A DNA stretch of 63,985 nucleotides, the filler included, from an uncultured Methanosarcinales archaeon (GTDB lineage Archaea; Nanobdellota; Nanobdellia; Woesearchaeales; CAZKBD01), in the NCBI GenBank assembly GCA_964550945.1. It is 4 parts of 4 records of this genome, joined end to end, with 100 filler letters (N's around TTAATTAATTAA, not from the genome) between each part and the next. Parts side by side here need not be neighbours in the genome. Positions count along the whole stretch, not along the records: positions 21,631 to 42,015 come from CAZKBD010000025.1; positions 42,116 to 62,206 come from CAZKBD010000026.1; 2 more parts are not named here. The stretch is one strand, 5' to 3'. The notes beneath the pieces are model-generated. The model was given only the letters and a program-made list of their open reading frames with translations, had not been told where the DNA came from and made no database searches. Within the stretch, counting starts at the first letter, position 1; every line of letters starts with the position of its first letter. Shown piece by piece: positions 39,154 to 48,853 of the stretch. Both the position numbers and the translations under genes were made by a program.

Positions 39154-39906
39154 TTACCTTTTCAATTCTTCTTCAATTACAGCCTTAAAGGATTCAAACG
39201 GTTGCGCTCCTGAAACGAGCTTTCCATTTATAACAAACCCTGGCGTGCCTCTGATTCCTGCCTTTGTGCCATCATCCAAATCTTTTTTGACCTCTGATGC
39301 CATTGCTCCATTATCCAAGCAATCATTGAATTTTGTAGCATCCAATCCTAAATCAGCTGCAAACTGCTTGAAAGAGTCAACTCCTCCGCTAACGCCGTCT
39401 TCAAATAATTTGTCATGCATCTCCCAGAATTTTCCCTGCTCTCCTGCGCATTCTGCAGATTCAGCAGCTTTTTGGGCGTTTTCATGAAATCCTAAAGGAT
39501 AGTCTCTATAAATAAATTTTACCTTGCCGGTTTTAATATACGCATCTTCAATCTGCCCCAAAGTTTGTTGGTAAAACCTTACACAGAAGGGGCATTGGAA
39601 ATCGCTCCACTCCACTATTGTTACAGGCGCTTTGGAGTCTCCTTTAACTGCATCGTCATCAGTTAAATCTTTCATATCTAATACCTGAGCAGCAGGTTGA
39701 TTAGCTGATGGCAGATTTTGAGGCTGAACTTGCTGTTGGCCCTGAGCAATCTGCGAAGGCTGATTTTTTGAGCTGCCAGTTCCAAAACCTCCAGTAAATA
39801 CCGAGATGATCAATAAACTAGCTAATACACCAGATATTATCCTCCATACCATAAGTTTGCTGATAGATATATTTATTACGTCTTTCTTTTTGTGTTCTTC
39901 GTGCAT
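39154..39906 (-). CDS. DsbA-family thiol-disulfide oxidoreductase
   Basis: N-terminal TM, SDFQCPFC, GTPGF, GAQP. Confidence 0.93.
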   Translation of the reverse strand: MHEEHKKKDVINISISKLMVWRIISGVLASLLIISVFTGGFGTGSSKNQPSQIAQGQQQVQPQNLPSANQPAAQVLDMKDLTDDDAVKGDSKAPVTIVEWSDFQCPFCVRFYQQTLGQIEDAYIKTGKVKFIYRDYPLGFHENAQKAAESAECAGEQGKFWEMHDKLFEDGVSGGVDSFKQFAADLGLDATKFNDCLDNGAMASEVKKDLDDGTKAGIRGTPGFVINGKLVSGAQPFESFKAVIEEELKR

Positions 39907-40000
39907 TCTTAACCGCCTCCATTTATTTATTGTGTTTAGTCATCATCCTATTTAAAAATTTCTATTCTGGCCTTATCTGTTCTTATTAGCATTCTTTATG

Positions 40001-40207
40001 TGTCAGAAATATACCGTCACTCTATTTGACTGATGGACAAAGTCCAATAATCTTTTGTGTTTGAGTATATTTCTGAGCACGCTCAAAAACCACCTAGCTA
40101 AGGTTAGCTATGCTACAATCACGCCACCACCAACGGAAACTAACATTTCCTAGTGCAGTAAATGACTAGGTCATTTATGCACCATCTATGGTGGGTGGTT
40201 TTTGACG
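40001..40207 (+). repeat. Modular hairpin repeat element, copy 3
   Basis: TGTCAGAAATATAC...GTATATTTCTGAGCACGCTCAAAAACCACC...GGTGGTTTTTGACG with extra nested hairpins. Confidence 0.88.
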
Positions 40208-40410
40208 AACCAGTAAATTGCCGAAACAATCAGGGCAATTATTAACAAATTAAAAATCCATCCAACAGCCATCATGCCTGCACCATAACCCCCAAATAAG
40301 ACCCCGCCCATCGGGCAGTTGTATTGCTGTGCATTGGCAAAAGCTGACGAGATTAAAAATAACATCAATCCCAACATTGATAACTTTCTAATTTTTTCCA
40401 TATCCATCAT
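40186..40410 (-). CDS. Small 2-TM membrane protein downstream of copA
   Basis: Signal/TM, CPMGG..GYG.GMM linker, second TM; stop lies inside the repeat. Confidence 0.7.
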   Translation of the reverse strand: MMDMEKIRKLSMLGLMLFLISSAFANAQQYNCPMGGVLFGGYGAGMMAVGWIFNLLIIALIVSAIYWFVKNHPP

Positions 40411-40414
40411 CTTT

Positions 40415-42015
40415 TTAGATATTATATCTCTTCATCAATAAAGTATTGGTAACAACACTAACAGAGCTTAATGCCATTGCTGCTCCTGCAATCACTGGGT
40501 TGAGCAGCCATCCTGTAAATGGATACAACAACCCTGCAGCTATAGGTATGCCTAAAATGTTATAGAACAATGCCCAAAACATGTTCTGCTTTATTTTTTT
40601 GATTGTAAGCTTACTTAAGCTTATTGCCCTTACTACATCATAAGTATTATTATTCATCAAAACAATATTTCCTGTTTCCATTGCAACATCTGTGCCAGAT
40701 CCAATTGCTATACCTATGTCTGCCTGAGCAAGCGCAGGAGCATCATTAATGCCATCGCCTACCATTGCAACCTTATTTCTTCCATTTTGCTGCAATTCAG
40801 CAACCTTGCCTGCCTTATCCTGAGGCAATACCTCTGCCATAACATTAGTGATGCCAAGCTGTTTTGCAATCGCGTTTGCTGTTCTTTTATTATCGCCTGT
40901 TATCATATACACATTGATACCCAACATTTTTAGGCCCTCTACTGCCTTTATGGAGTCCTCTCGAATAGTGTCTGCAATTCCTATCAATCCAACAATATTT
41001 TTATCAAAAACGGCAACAACAACGGTTTTTCCATCTTTTTCAAGATCAGTTATTTTGGCTTCATATTTTTTTAGGCTCACTATCCTTTTGATATACTCTG
41101 GCTTTCCTACAATAAGCTTTTTATTCTTATAAATCCCTTCAACACCATGGCCCGGAATCGCTTTAAAGCTTTTTATGTTCTCAAGATTAAGTTTTTTCTC
41201 TTTTGCGCTATTAACCACTGCTTGAGCCAATGGATGTTCGCTGTATTGCTCTAAGCTTGCAGAAAGCTTGATTAATGACGATTCGCTATATTTCTTATCA
41301 AGAATAACAATATCAGTAACAGCGGGTTTTCCTTGCGTTAAGGTTCCAGTCTTGTCAAAAACAATTGAATTTAGCTTATGGGCAGTTTCCAGAGCATCCC
41401 CTCCCTTAATTAATATCCCTTTCTGCGCCCCTTTTCCTGTTCCGACCATTATTGCTGTTGGCGTTGCCAAGCCAAGAGCGCATGGGCATGCTATGACCAA
41501 CACTGAAACTGCAGTGATCAATGAAAATGAAAAATCTTTGCCGACTATAAAAAACCAGATAGAAAAAGAGATTGCTGCAATTAGGATCACAATAGGGACA
41601 AAATAGGCAGAGACCATATCAGCAAATCTTTGGATTGGCGCCTTTCTACCTTGTGCATCTTCTATGAGCTTGATGATATGCGATAAGGTTGTGTTAGCAC
41701 CAACTTTTTTTGTAATGAACCTAAAAGCCCCTTCTTTATTAATAGTGCCTCCAATGACATTATCTCCTTTCTTTTTCTCAACAGGCATGCTTTCTCCAGT
41801 GATCATTGATTCATCAACAGAAGAGTTTCCTTCTATGACAACACCATCAACAGGTATTTTCTCGCCAGGCCTGACAATTACAATATCATTAATAACAACA
41901 TCATCAACAGGAATCTGAATCTCTTTTTTATTTCTCAGCACAGTAGCAATCTTTGGAGAAAGATTAATCAGTTTCTTGATTGCCTCGCTGGTTTTTCCCT
42001 TTGCAATAGCCTCAA
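40415..42015 (-). CDS. copA: Cu(I)-translocating P1B-ATPase, 5'-partial (cut by gap)
   Basis: TGES, CPC, DKTGT, SEHP, GDGIND, YN and MALSS. Confidence 0.94.
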
Positions 42016-42115
42016 NNNNNNNNNNNNNNNNNNNNNNNNNNNNNNNNNNNNNNNNNNNNTTAATTAATTAANNNNNNNNNNNNNNNNNNNNNNNNNNNNN
42101 NNNNNNNNNNNNNNN
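42016..42115. other. Artificial contig linker
   Basis: Ns around TTAATTAATTAA. Confidence 0.98.
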
Positions 42116-42276
42116 AAATATAACCGCAACCCCTAATTTGGTTGAGAGTATATTTGAATATATAAATATTTGTCTTATTGTTTCTGAAAAACTTCTTTTT
42201 TGGAAAGATAGGGGTGCTCCAAATATACAAATTTTAAACTATTCTCGGCAGAAGCATTCCTAATCTTAAAGAGTTA

Positions 42277-42699
42277 TTAATCTAGTTTTTCTTCTAATAA
42301 CTTTTTTATGCTTGATATTATCTTCTCTGCAAAAACAAGAGCAGATTTAGCTTCTGAATCATCGCAACTTTTGCCATAATATTTAATCCCATTCCTGATC
42401 TTCCTATATCTGTTGAATTCTGATAGGTCATTTTCACTAAAACCTTTTTTTGCGAGATACACTATTGAAGCCTCATGAGAGTAAGATTTAAATCCTTCCA
42501 AATGAAGCAAAGAATCTGCAGCTTCCCTTGCTGATTCATATGCATTCTCAAGTACGAATTTTGGCTTAGACTTATGCATTATACTTTTTGTGAACTCTAT
42601 CCGCTCAAGACTATCTTTGAATGTAGATTTAGAAAGGTTTTTGTCAACACTTTGTTTCTTAACATCTCCGTTATTTACAAAGAATTCAAACTCTTTCAC
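42277..42699 (-). CDS. HEPN-domain protein (MNT-HEPN TA toxin)
   Basis: AYES...SHE...RKIRNGIKYYG; coupled to upstream MNT. Confidence 0.8.
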   Translation of the reverse strand: MKEFEFFVNNGDVKKQSVDKNLSKSTFKDSLERIEFTKSIMHKSKPKFVLENAYESAREAADSLLHLEGFKSYSHEASIVYLAKKGFSENDLSEFNRYRKIRNGIKYYGKSCDDSEAKSALVFAEKIISSIKKLLEEKLD

Positions 42700-43214
42700 C
42701 AGGATCCCTCCAACACAACACCATTGGTAAGGTTTGCTTTAAACTCAGAAGACAAATCCTCGACATTGATTTCATGCATTGTAATTGTTCTTCCTAAATA
42801 TTTCTCGAACTTTGCCAAGTCTAGATCTAGCTTTTTGTTGGTAATGACAGCAATGTCAATGTCTGATCTTTCAATATCTTCCCCTCTGGAATAACTCCCA
42901 AATAATATTACAAGTCTAGGATGGTTGTAACTGGATGAAATGTAGTCTACTATTCCTGAGAGATAGACACTTTCCAGATTATGAAGCCGCTTGCACCTAA
43001 TAAAATTAATATTTTCTCTGTTTGCCTTTACTGTGGTAAGCACTTTTCCTTTTGTTTTGACCAACAGTTTTTCCTTTGCTAGACTATCTGTGGTTGAAAC
43101 TATAGTTGGCATTGAAAATTTCACAAGTCTGGAAAGCTCTCTGAGATGAAACACTTTTGATGGATTTTCCATAAATGTACCAAAGACTTGTTCAATAGTA
43201 GATTTTTCTATCAT
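42696..43214 (-). CDS. wHTH-minimal nucleotidyltransferase (MNT antitoxin)
   Basis: HLRELSR wHTH; LFGSYSRGED...SDIDIAV; ATACCA-AG-TGGTAT palindrome upstream. Confidence 0.88.
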   Translation of the reverse strand: MIEKSTIEQVFGTFMENPSKVFHLRELSRLVKFSMPTIVSTTDSLAKEKLLVKTKGKVLTTVKANRENINFIRCKRLHNLESVYLSGIVDYISSSYNHPRLVILFGSYSRGEDIERSDIDIAVITNKKLDLDLAKFEKYLGRTITMHEINVEDLSSEFKANLTNGVVLEGSW

Positions 43215-43311
43215 TTGATAGATAAAAATACCAAGTGGTATATAAATCTTACGGTTAAAACATATGTTAGAGAACACAAATGAATAATGAATTACTCTAA
43301 AACAGGAGCAT

Positions 43312-44136
43312 TTATTTTTTTATATTCTTCATCACTAATGTTAAATTATTCCTGTATCTCGATGGCTCATTGAGTTTAGCTGATAGTTCTAAATACTCGT
43401 CTAAGATATTTTTAAGAGAGGGAGAAGAAATCCCTTTTAAATTATTGAATATAAAAGGATCTAAAACAGCTGCCCTTCCAACCATAGCTCCTTGTACACC
43501 CACTGATTTTAAGTAATCTACCTGTTCTCTTGTTTTTATGTCTCCATTTGCGATTATCTTTTTGCCTGTATTAACACATTCAGCATAAACACTAAAATCA
43601 GAAGGCTCATCATAGCTTTGCATGCCATGTCTGGCATGCACTACAAAAAACTCCGCATCAATAGCGTCTATTAAGTGGATATAGACTTTATTCTCTTTGT
43701 CCTTTTTGTTTATGCCTAACCTCATTTTTATTGATGCCTTATAACCATTGTCCTTGAATATGTTAATTATCCTCCTTGTTTTGCTAATCCTTCTTACCAT
43801 TGCACAGCCATGGCCTTGTTTTATAGCCTTTGGATCAGAGCACCCTAAATTAAGGTTAAATCCTTTAAATCCGTTAGATGGCTCAAACTTATGAAGGAAT
43901 TTCTTGAATTGCTGCTCGTTTGAGCCAAGAATCTGAATAACCGTAGGAGTATCATCTCTCAATTCAAGCCTGGACCATGAGATCTTGTTATTTCTTGCAA
44001 GGCCACCTATCCTTGTCATCTCTGTGAATGTCAGGTCGGCGCCGTATTTATAGCAAATAGCCCTAAATGAGCTGATTGTCACACCTTCAATAGGAGCCAG
44101 CATATAGCTAAAATCTACCATTTTACAGAGATACAT
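43312..44136 (-). CDS. tRNA-dihydrouridine synthase family protein
   Basis: LAPIEGVT, NLNLGC, VHAR, IANGDI, MVGRAA. Confidence 0.88.
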   Translation of the reverse strand: MYLCKMVDFSYMLAPIEGVTISSFRAICYKYGADLTFTEMTRIGGLARNNKISWSRLELRDDTPTVIQILGSNEQQFKKFLHKFEPSNGFKGFNLNLGCSDPKAIKQGHGCAMVRRISKTRRIINIFKDNGYKASIKMRLGINKKDKENKVYIHLIDAIDAEFFVVHARHGMQSYDEPSDFSVYAECVNTGKKIIANGDIKTREQVDYLKSVGVQGAMVGRAAVLDPFIFNNLKGISSPSLKNILDEYLELSAKLNEPSRYRNNLTLVMKNIKK

Positions 44137-44237
44137 ACTTGAAATAGAGATATAGTTTTAAATATTGCCAAATTATAATGGGGTTAACATCTAAAATTAG
44201 CGCATGTCTTTTTTAAAGCGAAGTTTAAATAGCTATT

Positions 44238-44579
44238 CTAAACCATCTTCAAGTTGCCTGAGATTTTGTCAATCTTGTCTTCTTTGTCGGGACCAATGCC
44301 TAAGCATGTTATTGTGCCTGGCTCGACCACTGTTCTTCCAGCGTCTGTAATTAGCGCAGTTACAAGGCCATTATCTTCTGCGATATTCTTGAATTTCAAC
44401 AACTCTTTATCGTCTTGCACTTTGAGAACTACTTTTTTCATCCCTTCAGAGCGCCATTTTGTTATATCATCCTTGTGGCTTCTTAAAAGGGATTCTGTGG
44501 AAGCGTGGGCTACCTGAGCAGCCAATTTTCCCTTCGGCAGCTTCAAATCCTGCCTTACTAGGATAACCTGTTTATACAT
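44238..44579 (-). CDS. pth2: Peptidyl-tRNA hydrolase Pth2
   Basis: KQVILVR.DL...GKLAAQVAHA, DAGRT, GIGP. Confidence 0.96.
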   Translation of the reverse strand: MYKQVILVRQDLKLPKGKLAAQVAHASTESLLRSHKDDITKWRSEGMKKVVLKVQDDKELLKFKNIAEDNGLVTALITDAGRTVVEPGTITCLGIGPDKEDKIDKISGNLKMV

Positions 44580-44684
44580 AAAAGCCTCTTACGCAACCTC
44601 CTATAAATACCTTTCTAATGTAATTTACTCCTTTTAAGTGACAATAAAATCGAAAAGTTTATATATTAGTTATTATTACTTAAT

Positions 44685-44750
44685 GGTAGTGAGAAATTCT
44701 CACCCAGGACTAATCCCCCCAAAAGATTTCTCCCTGGGTTTTTTTATTTT
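44685..44750 (+). ncRNA. Candidate small RNA with its own promoter and a U-tract end
   Basis: BRE/TATA CGAAAAGTTTATATA at 44651; hairpins GTGAGA/TCTCAC and ACCCAGG/CCTGGGT followed by a T-tract. Confidence 0.4.
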
Positions 44751-44804
44751 TTGTATTTCTGATGGTTTCTAGAGGCTTTAAAAACGTAATATTTATATAT
44801 CAGT

Positions 44805-44822
44805 TGTAATAATATTATTACA
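44805..44822. promoter_or_regulatory. Perfect 18-bp palindromic operator before the MNT start
   Basis: TGTAATAATATTATTACA between TATA and ATG 44824. Confidence 0.65.
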
Positions 44823-44823
44823 T

Positions 44824-45383
44824 ATGTTGAAAAAAGATAACATTTACAGGGTTTTAGAAGTGTTGTTTGACGATCCTCTGCCCGAAGGTATTGGGTTTCA
44901 GCTTAGGGAGATCAGCAGAAAGATAAAGTTAGCGCCAAAATCCGTTAAACTGTACCTAGAAGAACTTGAAAAAGAAAGCCTAATAATCAAGAAAGAGCAT
45001 AGAATCCATAGATATCCAGTTTATTATGCTAATAGGGACAATAGTTATTTTAAATTTTTAAAAAGATAGATATAATACGAAGAATAAAAGAATCCGGGCT
45101 TTTGGATTATCTCGATGAAAAATGTATGCCTGAGGTGGTTATTTTGTTTGGCTCTGCTTCAAGAGGCGAGGATGTTAAAAGCAGTGATATTGATATATAT
45201 CTACAATGTGATGCAAAGGGATTAGATTTAAGCAAGTATGAGAAAGAACTAAACAGGAAGATAAACTTATTTTTTGAGAAGAACTTTGATAAATTAAGTG
45301 AAGAATTAAGGAGCAATATTATCAATGGAGATAAGCTTAAAGGATATTTAAGGATGTCATTCTTAAAATGGAAGAAGGCTTAA
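44824..45383 (+). pseudogene. wHTH-MNT antitoxin split by a -1 frameshift at ~45060
   Basis: wHTH in frame 0; the -1 frame continues KIDIIRRIKESGLLDYL...LFGSASRGED..SDIDI, collinear with the paralog at 42696. Confidence 0.8.
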
Positions 45384-46015
45384 TCAAGGTAACTCCCAAC
45401 AAGGAAAAAGCAAGATCTATCTTAAAAATGGTAGATTCGACAATCGAGATGGTTAAGGGTATTGATGTTGCTAAGTTTAGCTCTAATGTCACAAAAGAAT
45501 ATTATGATGTAATCAGAGAGTTGATGAGCGTTGTTCTTTTGCTTGATGGATATAAGACTTATGGCGAAGGAGCGCATAAAAAATTAGTTGAGTATATTCA
45601 ATCCAATTACAAAGAATTTAACGAGTATGAAATATCATTGATTGATGATTTAAGGATAACAAGGAATAGGATTGCCTATGATGGATTTTTTGTTGATAAA
45701 GATTACATCAGGAGGAAGATTAAGGATATCCAAGAGGTTATTGAAAAATTAGAAGGAATTAGTGAGAAAAAGATTGAGAGCAATAATACCGTTAGATGCG
45801 AAGAATGTGATAAAAATTATGAGTTCAGTGACCTAAAATTTAAAAATGGTAAGTATTCTAAAGATTGTAGGGAGTTTTTCTGCCCAAATGAGCATCTTTT
45901 AGGCACAATGCATGTGCAATGTAGAACGCCTTTAAGAAGTATAGGCGAGTCTGGCAAAAATAAATATATCTGCGACAAATGTAAAAAGTTGTTTTTGATC
46001 AAAACAGGGAAGTAA
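45368..46015 (+). CDS. HEPN-domain protein with a C-terminal Cys-rich extension
   Basis: YYD...HKKL...LRITRNRIAYDG; then CEEC, CPNEH, CDKC. Confidence 0.75.
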   Translation: MEEGLIKVTPNKEKARSILKMVDSTIEMVKGIDVAKFSSNVTKEYYDVIRELMSVVLLLDGYKTYGEGAHKKLVEYIQSNYKEFNEYEISLIDDLRITRNRIAYDGFFVDKDYIRRKIKDIQEVIEKLEGISEKKIESNNTVRCEECDKNYEFSDLKFKNGKYSKDCREFFCPNEHLLGTMHVQCRTPLRSIGESGKNKYICDKCKKLFLIKTGK

Positions 46016-46559
46016 TTTAGTTAATATAATTTTGCATTGTCTATCTGCTGATTTATTGGATGTTATCCTAATTGATAATCCTTGCACATTTTCAGGCATT
46101 TGCTATATGTTTTATTGTGTTTTGAGGAAATATTGGTGTTTCATATAATTCTAAGTGACAAATAGGATTAAAGAAATTGTGTAACGTGCCCGATGACTTA
46201 ATGACTGTTTTATATGATGTTGGAATAGAGTTTATCTCGTATAGAACCATTTAATTGGTTTCCAATTAAACGAAAGAAATGAGGATAACTTTCTCGGTTT
46301 AGAAGTGTGTTTTAGTATGTTATTTTAAAGAAAAATTGGGCTTAGTAAAGTTATCTTTATCATTTTAGAGTAGTTGTAACAGAAAGGTTTAAAAAGTCAA
46401 ACAAATTAGTTTCTAGTTATTATGTCATATATTTTTTCAAAAGAAAGAACCAAATAAACGGAAAATACTCTAGGGGTCAAAGATAAATTATACAATCTCA
46501 ATGAGGTCGTTACTAGATGTATAACAAAATAAATTGAAAAAATGCAATGATGTATAAAA

Positions 46560-47367
46560 ATGGTTAAACCTATTGAAGAGATTTTGGAGTATGTGGACAA
46601 AAAAGTTACTGAGGAACTCCAATCAAGCTTACCAGAAGTTTCTAGAGGATTGGAACTCAGATGGCGGGCAAATTTTGGAGTAGATCTTGAAAATGAACTA
46701 GATAAGCTCTATGAAAGGATTAATCATAAATCTTCTGGCTTTTTCAGAAGTTTGTGGCACAGTTTTATCTCAGACAGAACTGCAAGGAAGCTACCCCAGG
46801 TCCCACTGGTTACATGTCCTGTCATCCCAGATGCTATTTACACTATTAACGATTTGATTAATGGAAGCATAGATCCCACCGAAATAAATAAGGATTCTTA
46901 TGGCTATAACTTTAGTTTTGCAGAAATGGCAGTACAGGCAAAATTATCTCGCTATTATATTGAAAATGGCAAAGTCCAATTTTCTGTTGCAACTATTGTT
47001 CAACAAGACCAAATTGTTCTTATGCTTAGACAGGGACTAGGCGGGTATATTGCGTATAAACTGTTTGGGGATGAAATCCCAAATGACAGTTTGAAAAGGA
47101 ATTTAAAAAGTCTTTCANNNNNNNNNNGTAAAACCTGAAGCTATACTTGATCCGATGGGTATTCCATTTGTGATGTTTAATTTTTATGCGAGATTGGCAA
47201 CATCTCTTCCTAATTCACAACTTATTCAATTAGCATTGAATCCCTTTAAGGATAGTTTTCAGTTGGAAGGAACCTCGCCAAAAGTAGTTATGGATCAATT
47301 AAGGAGTGGAACTATGCACCAGGTATCGATGTATGATCTTGCTCATCCAAGAGATGATAAGTTGTAG
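46560..47367 (+). CDS. Orphan hypothetical protein, probably one gene spanning the 10-N scaffold gap (47118-47127)
   Basis: ORFs of similar composition on both sides of the gap. Confidence 0.55.
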
Positions 47368-47651
47368 TTGTGTAATTTCTGTAATTAGAAATGAGTAAGG
47401 TTGTCTAGTCCAAAGGTATCAGGTACAAGCATATACGCCTAATTTTTCTATATGGTATTTTAAAAACGCACTACTAAACCCTTGCTTTATTCAGAAAGTT
47501 TCTACAGCAGGTAGAAAGGGGACTCGAAAATCGTATATAACAGTTTATATACGTCAAATGCGATATTTTAAGTTTTAAGGTTTCTAAATTCTAAAACTCA
47601 CAATCCAATTTCTTCTATCTATATATAAACCCATTTCAAGGAGGTATCAAA

Positions 47652-47756
47652 ATGCCATACGAAATACCTAAAAAACTGCAATACGAAGAAAAGATGATAT
47701 TTAACCTGACATTCAGGCAATTAATATCATTAGGCATAGCCACTATCTTTGTCTAA
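47652..47756 (+). pseudogene. Truncated PrgI-like (conjugation-associated) gene remnant, 34 aa
   Basis: GGAGGT RBS; MPYEIPKKLQYEEKMIFNLTFRQL matches the PrgI-type N-terminus; ends at the neighbouring gene's stop. Confidence 0.55.
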
Positions 47757-47757
47757 G

Positions 47758-48828
47758 TTATATCTTCAGAATTTCACCATCAACTTTGATTATAGGATCC
47801 CTGAATATCTGGTCTAGGTGGATTATTGTATAAATATCGCCTCCAAACCAGTAGTTTGAGCCAATGGCAATATGGGCTGTCCCTAAGGATTTCTCGTCTA
47901 TGATTGTTGCTCCGATAATCCTGGCATTTGGGTTAATGCCAATGCCTAACTCGCCTATGCGCCTGACTGATGAAGGATGCTTTGCTCTTGTGGCAGCCAT
48001 TTCGAGAGATTTTTCCAGCAATTGAGCTTCTTTTCCGCCTTCAATATTAATGATGGAGCCATCTTTTATGGTCAGGACAATAGGATCTTTTATCTGGACA
48101 GTTCCTGCATGGTTTCTTGAGCTGCCGTCAATAACAACCTTGCCTTCAACCCTTTTCCCATTAGGAGGGATATACACTTCTCCTGCAGGCAGGTTTCCGC
48201 CTTTTCCAGGCAGGCAGTAATTGCCGTCAGCAGAAACAGCTTTCATTCCCTTGATGTTATAGTGAAGGTCTGTTCCTGCTTTTGTCTCAACATGGACCTC
48301 ATTTCCGTTGTCAAACATACTTTTGATTATTTCGTGCCTAAGCTGCAATGTCTTATAGGAAACGTCAATTGCCGGCAGGATTAAGTTAAGGTTATCATTC
48401 GGGATATCTCCAAGGCCCGTGGATGATATGAACCTATGATTCCTTTTTTGGCATAATTTTCTGAAGCTTTTTCCCAAACCACCCAGGCTGCCTAATTTGT
48501 TAGACAAAGTAATGATCACAATGCCCTGATCTTTTAATTCATCCAGCGATGCCACAACATCTTCATCTGCTGTGCTTGTGCTGCGCTTAGGAGATTGTAA
48601 CACTAACTTTGCGTTAAACTTAAGATCTTCAGCAGCCAGATAATAAGCTCCTGAAAGCAAGGAAGAGATGTTCTTATTTTCAAAGCCGGTATCTCCAACT
48701 ATAAGGACTTTTTCGTCCCTTACAGCCAAGCATGATGAGAATACTTTCTTCAAAATTGGAGCAATATCCCTTGCAATTTCATAAAGATTATTGGTTTTTA
48801 GCCAACTGATAGATTCACCTGTCTGCAT
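47758..48828 (-). CDS. M29-family (thermophilic) aminopeptidase
   Basis: GNLPAGEVY, IGELGIG.N, DEK..GTAHIAIG, HLD. Confidence 0.85.
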   Translation of the reverse strand: MQTGESISWLKTNNLYEIARDIAPILKKVFSSCLAVRDEKVLIVGDTGFENKNISSLLSGAYYLAAEDLKFNAKLVLQSPKRSTSTADEDVVASLDELKDQGIVIITLSNKLGSLGGLGKSFRKLCQKRNHRFISSTGLGDIPNDNLNLILPAIDVSYKTLQLRHEIIKSMFDNGNEVHVETKAGTDLHYNIKGMKAVSADGNYCLPGKGGNLPAGEVYIPPNGKRVEGKVVIDGSSRNHAGTVQIKDPIVLTIKDGSIINIEGGKEAQLLEKSLEMAATRAKHPSSVRRIGELGIGINPNARIIGATIIDEKSLGTAHIAIGSNYWFGGDIYTIIHLDQIFRDPIIKVDGEILKI

Positions 48829-48853
48829 AGAAAGAGTATTTCTTAGTTTGTTT

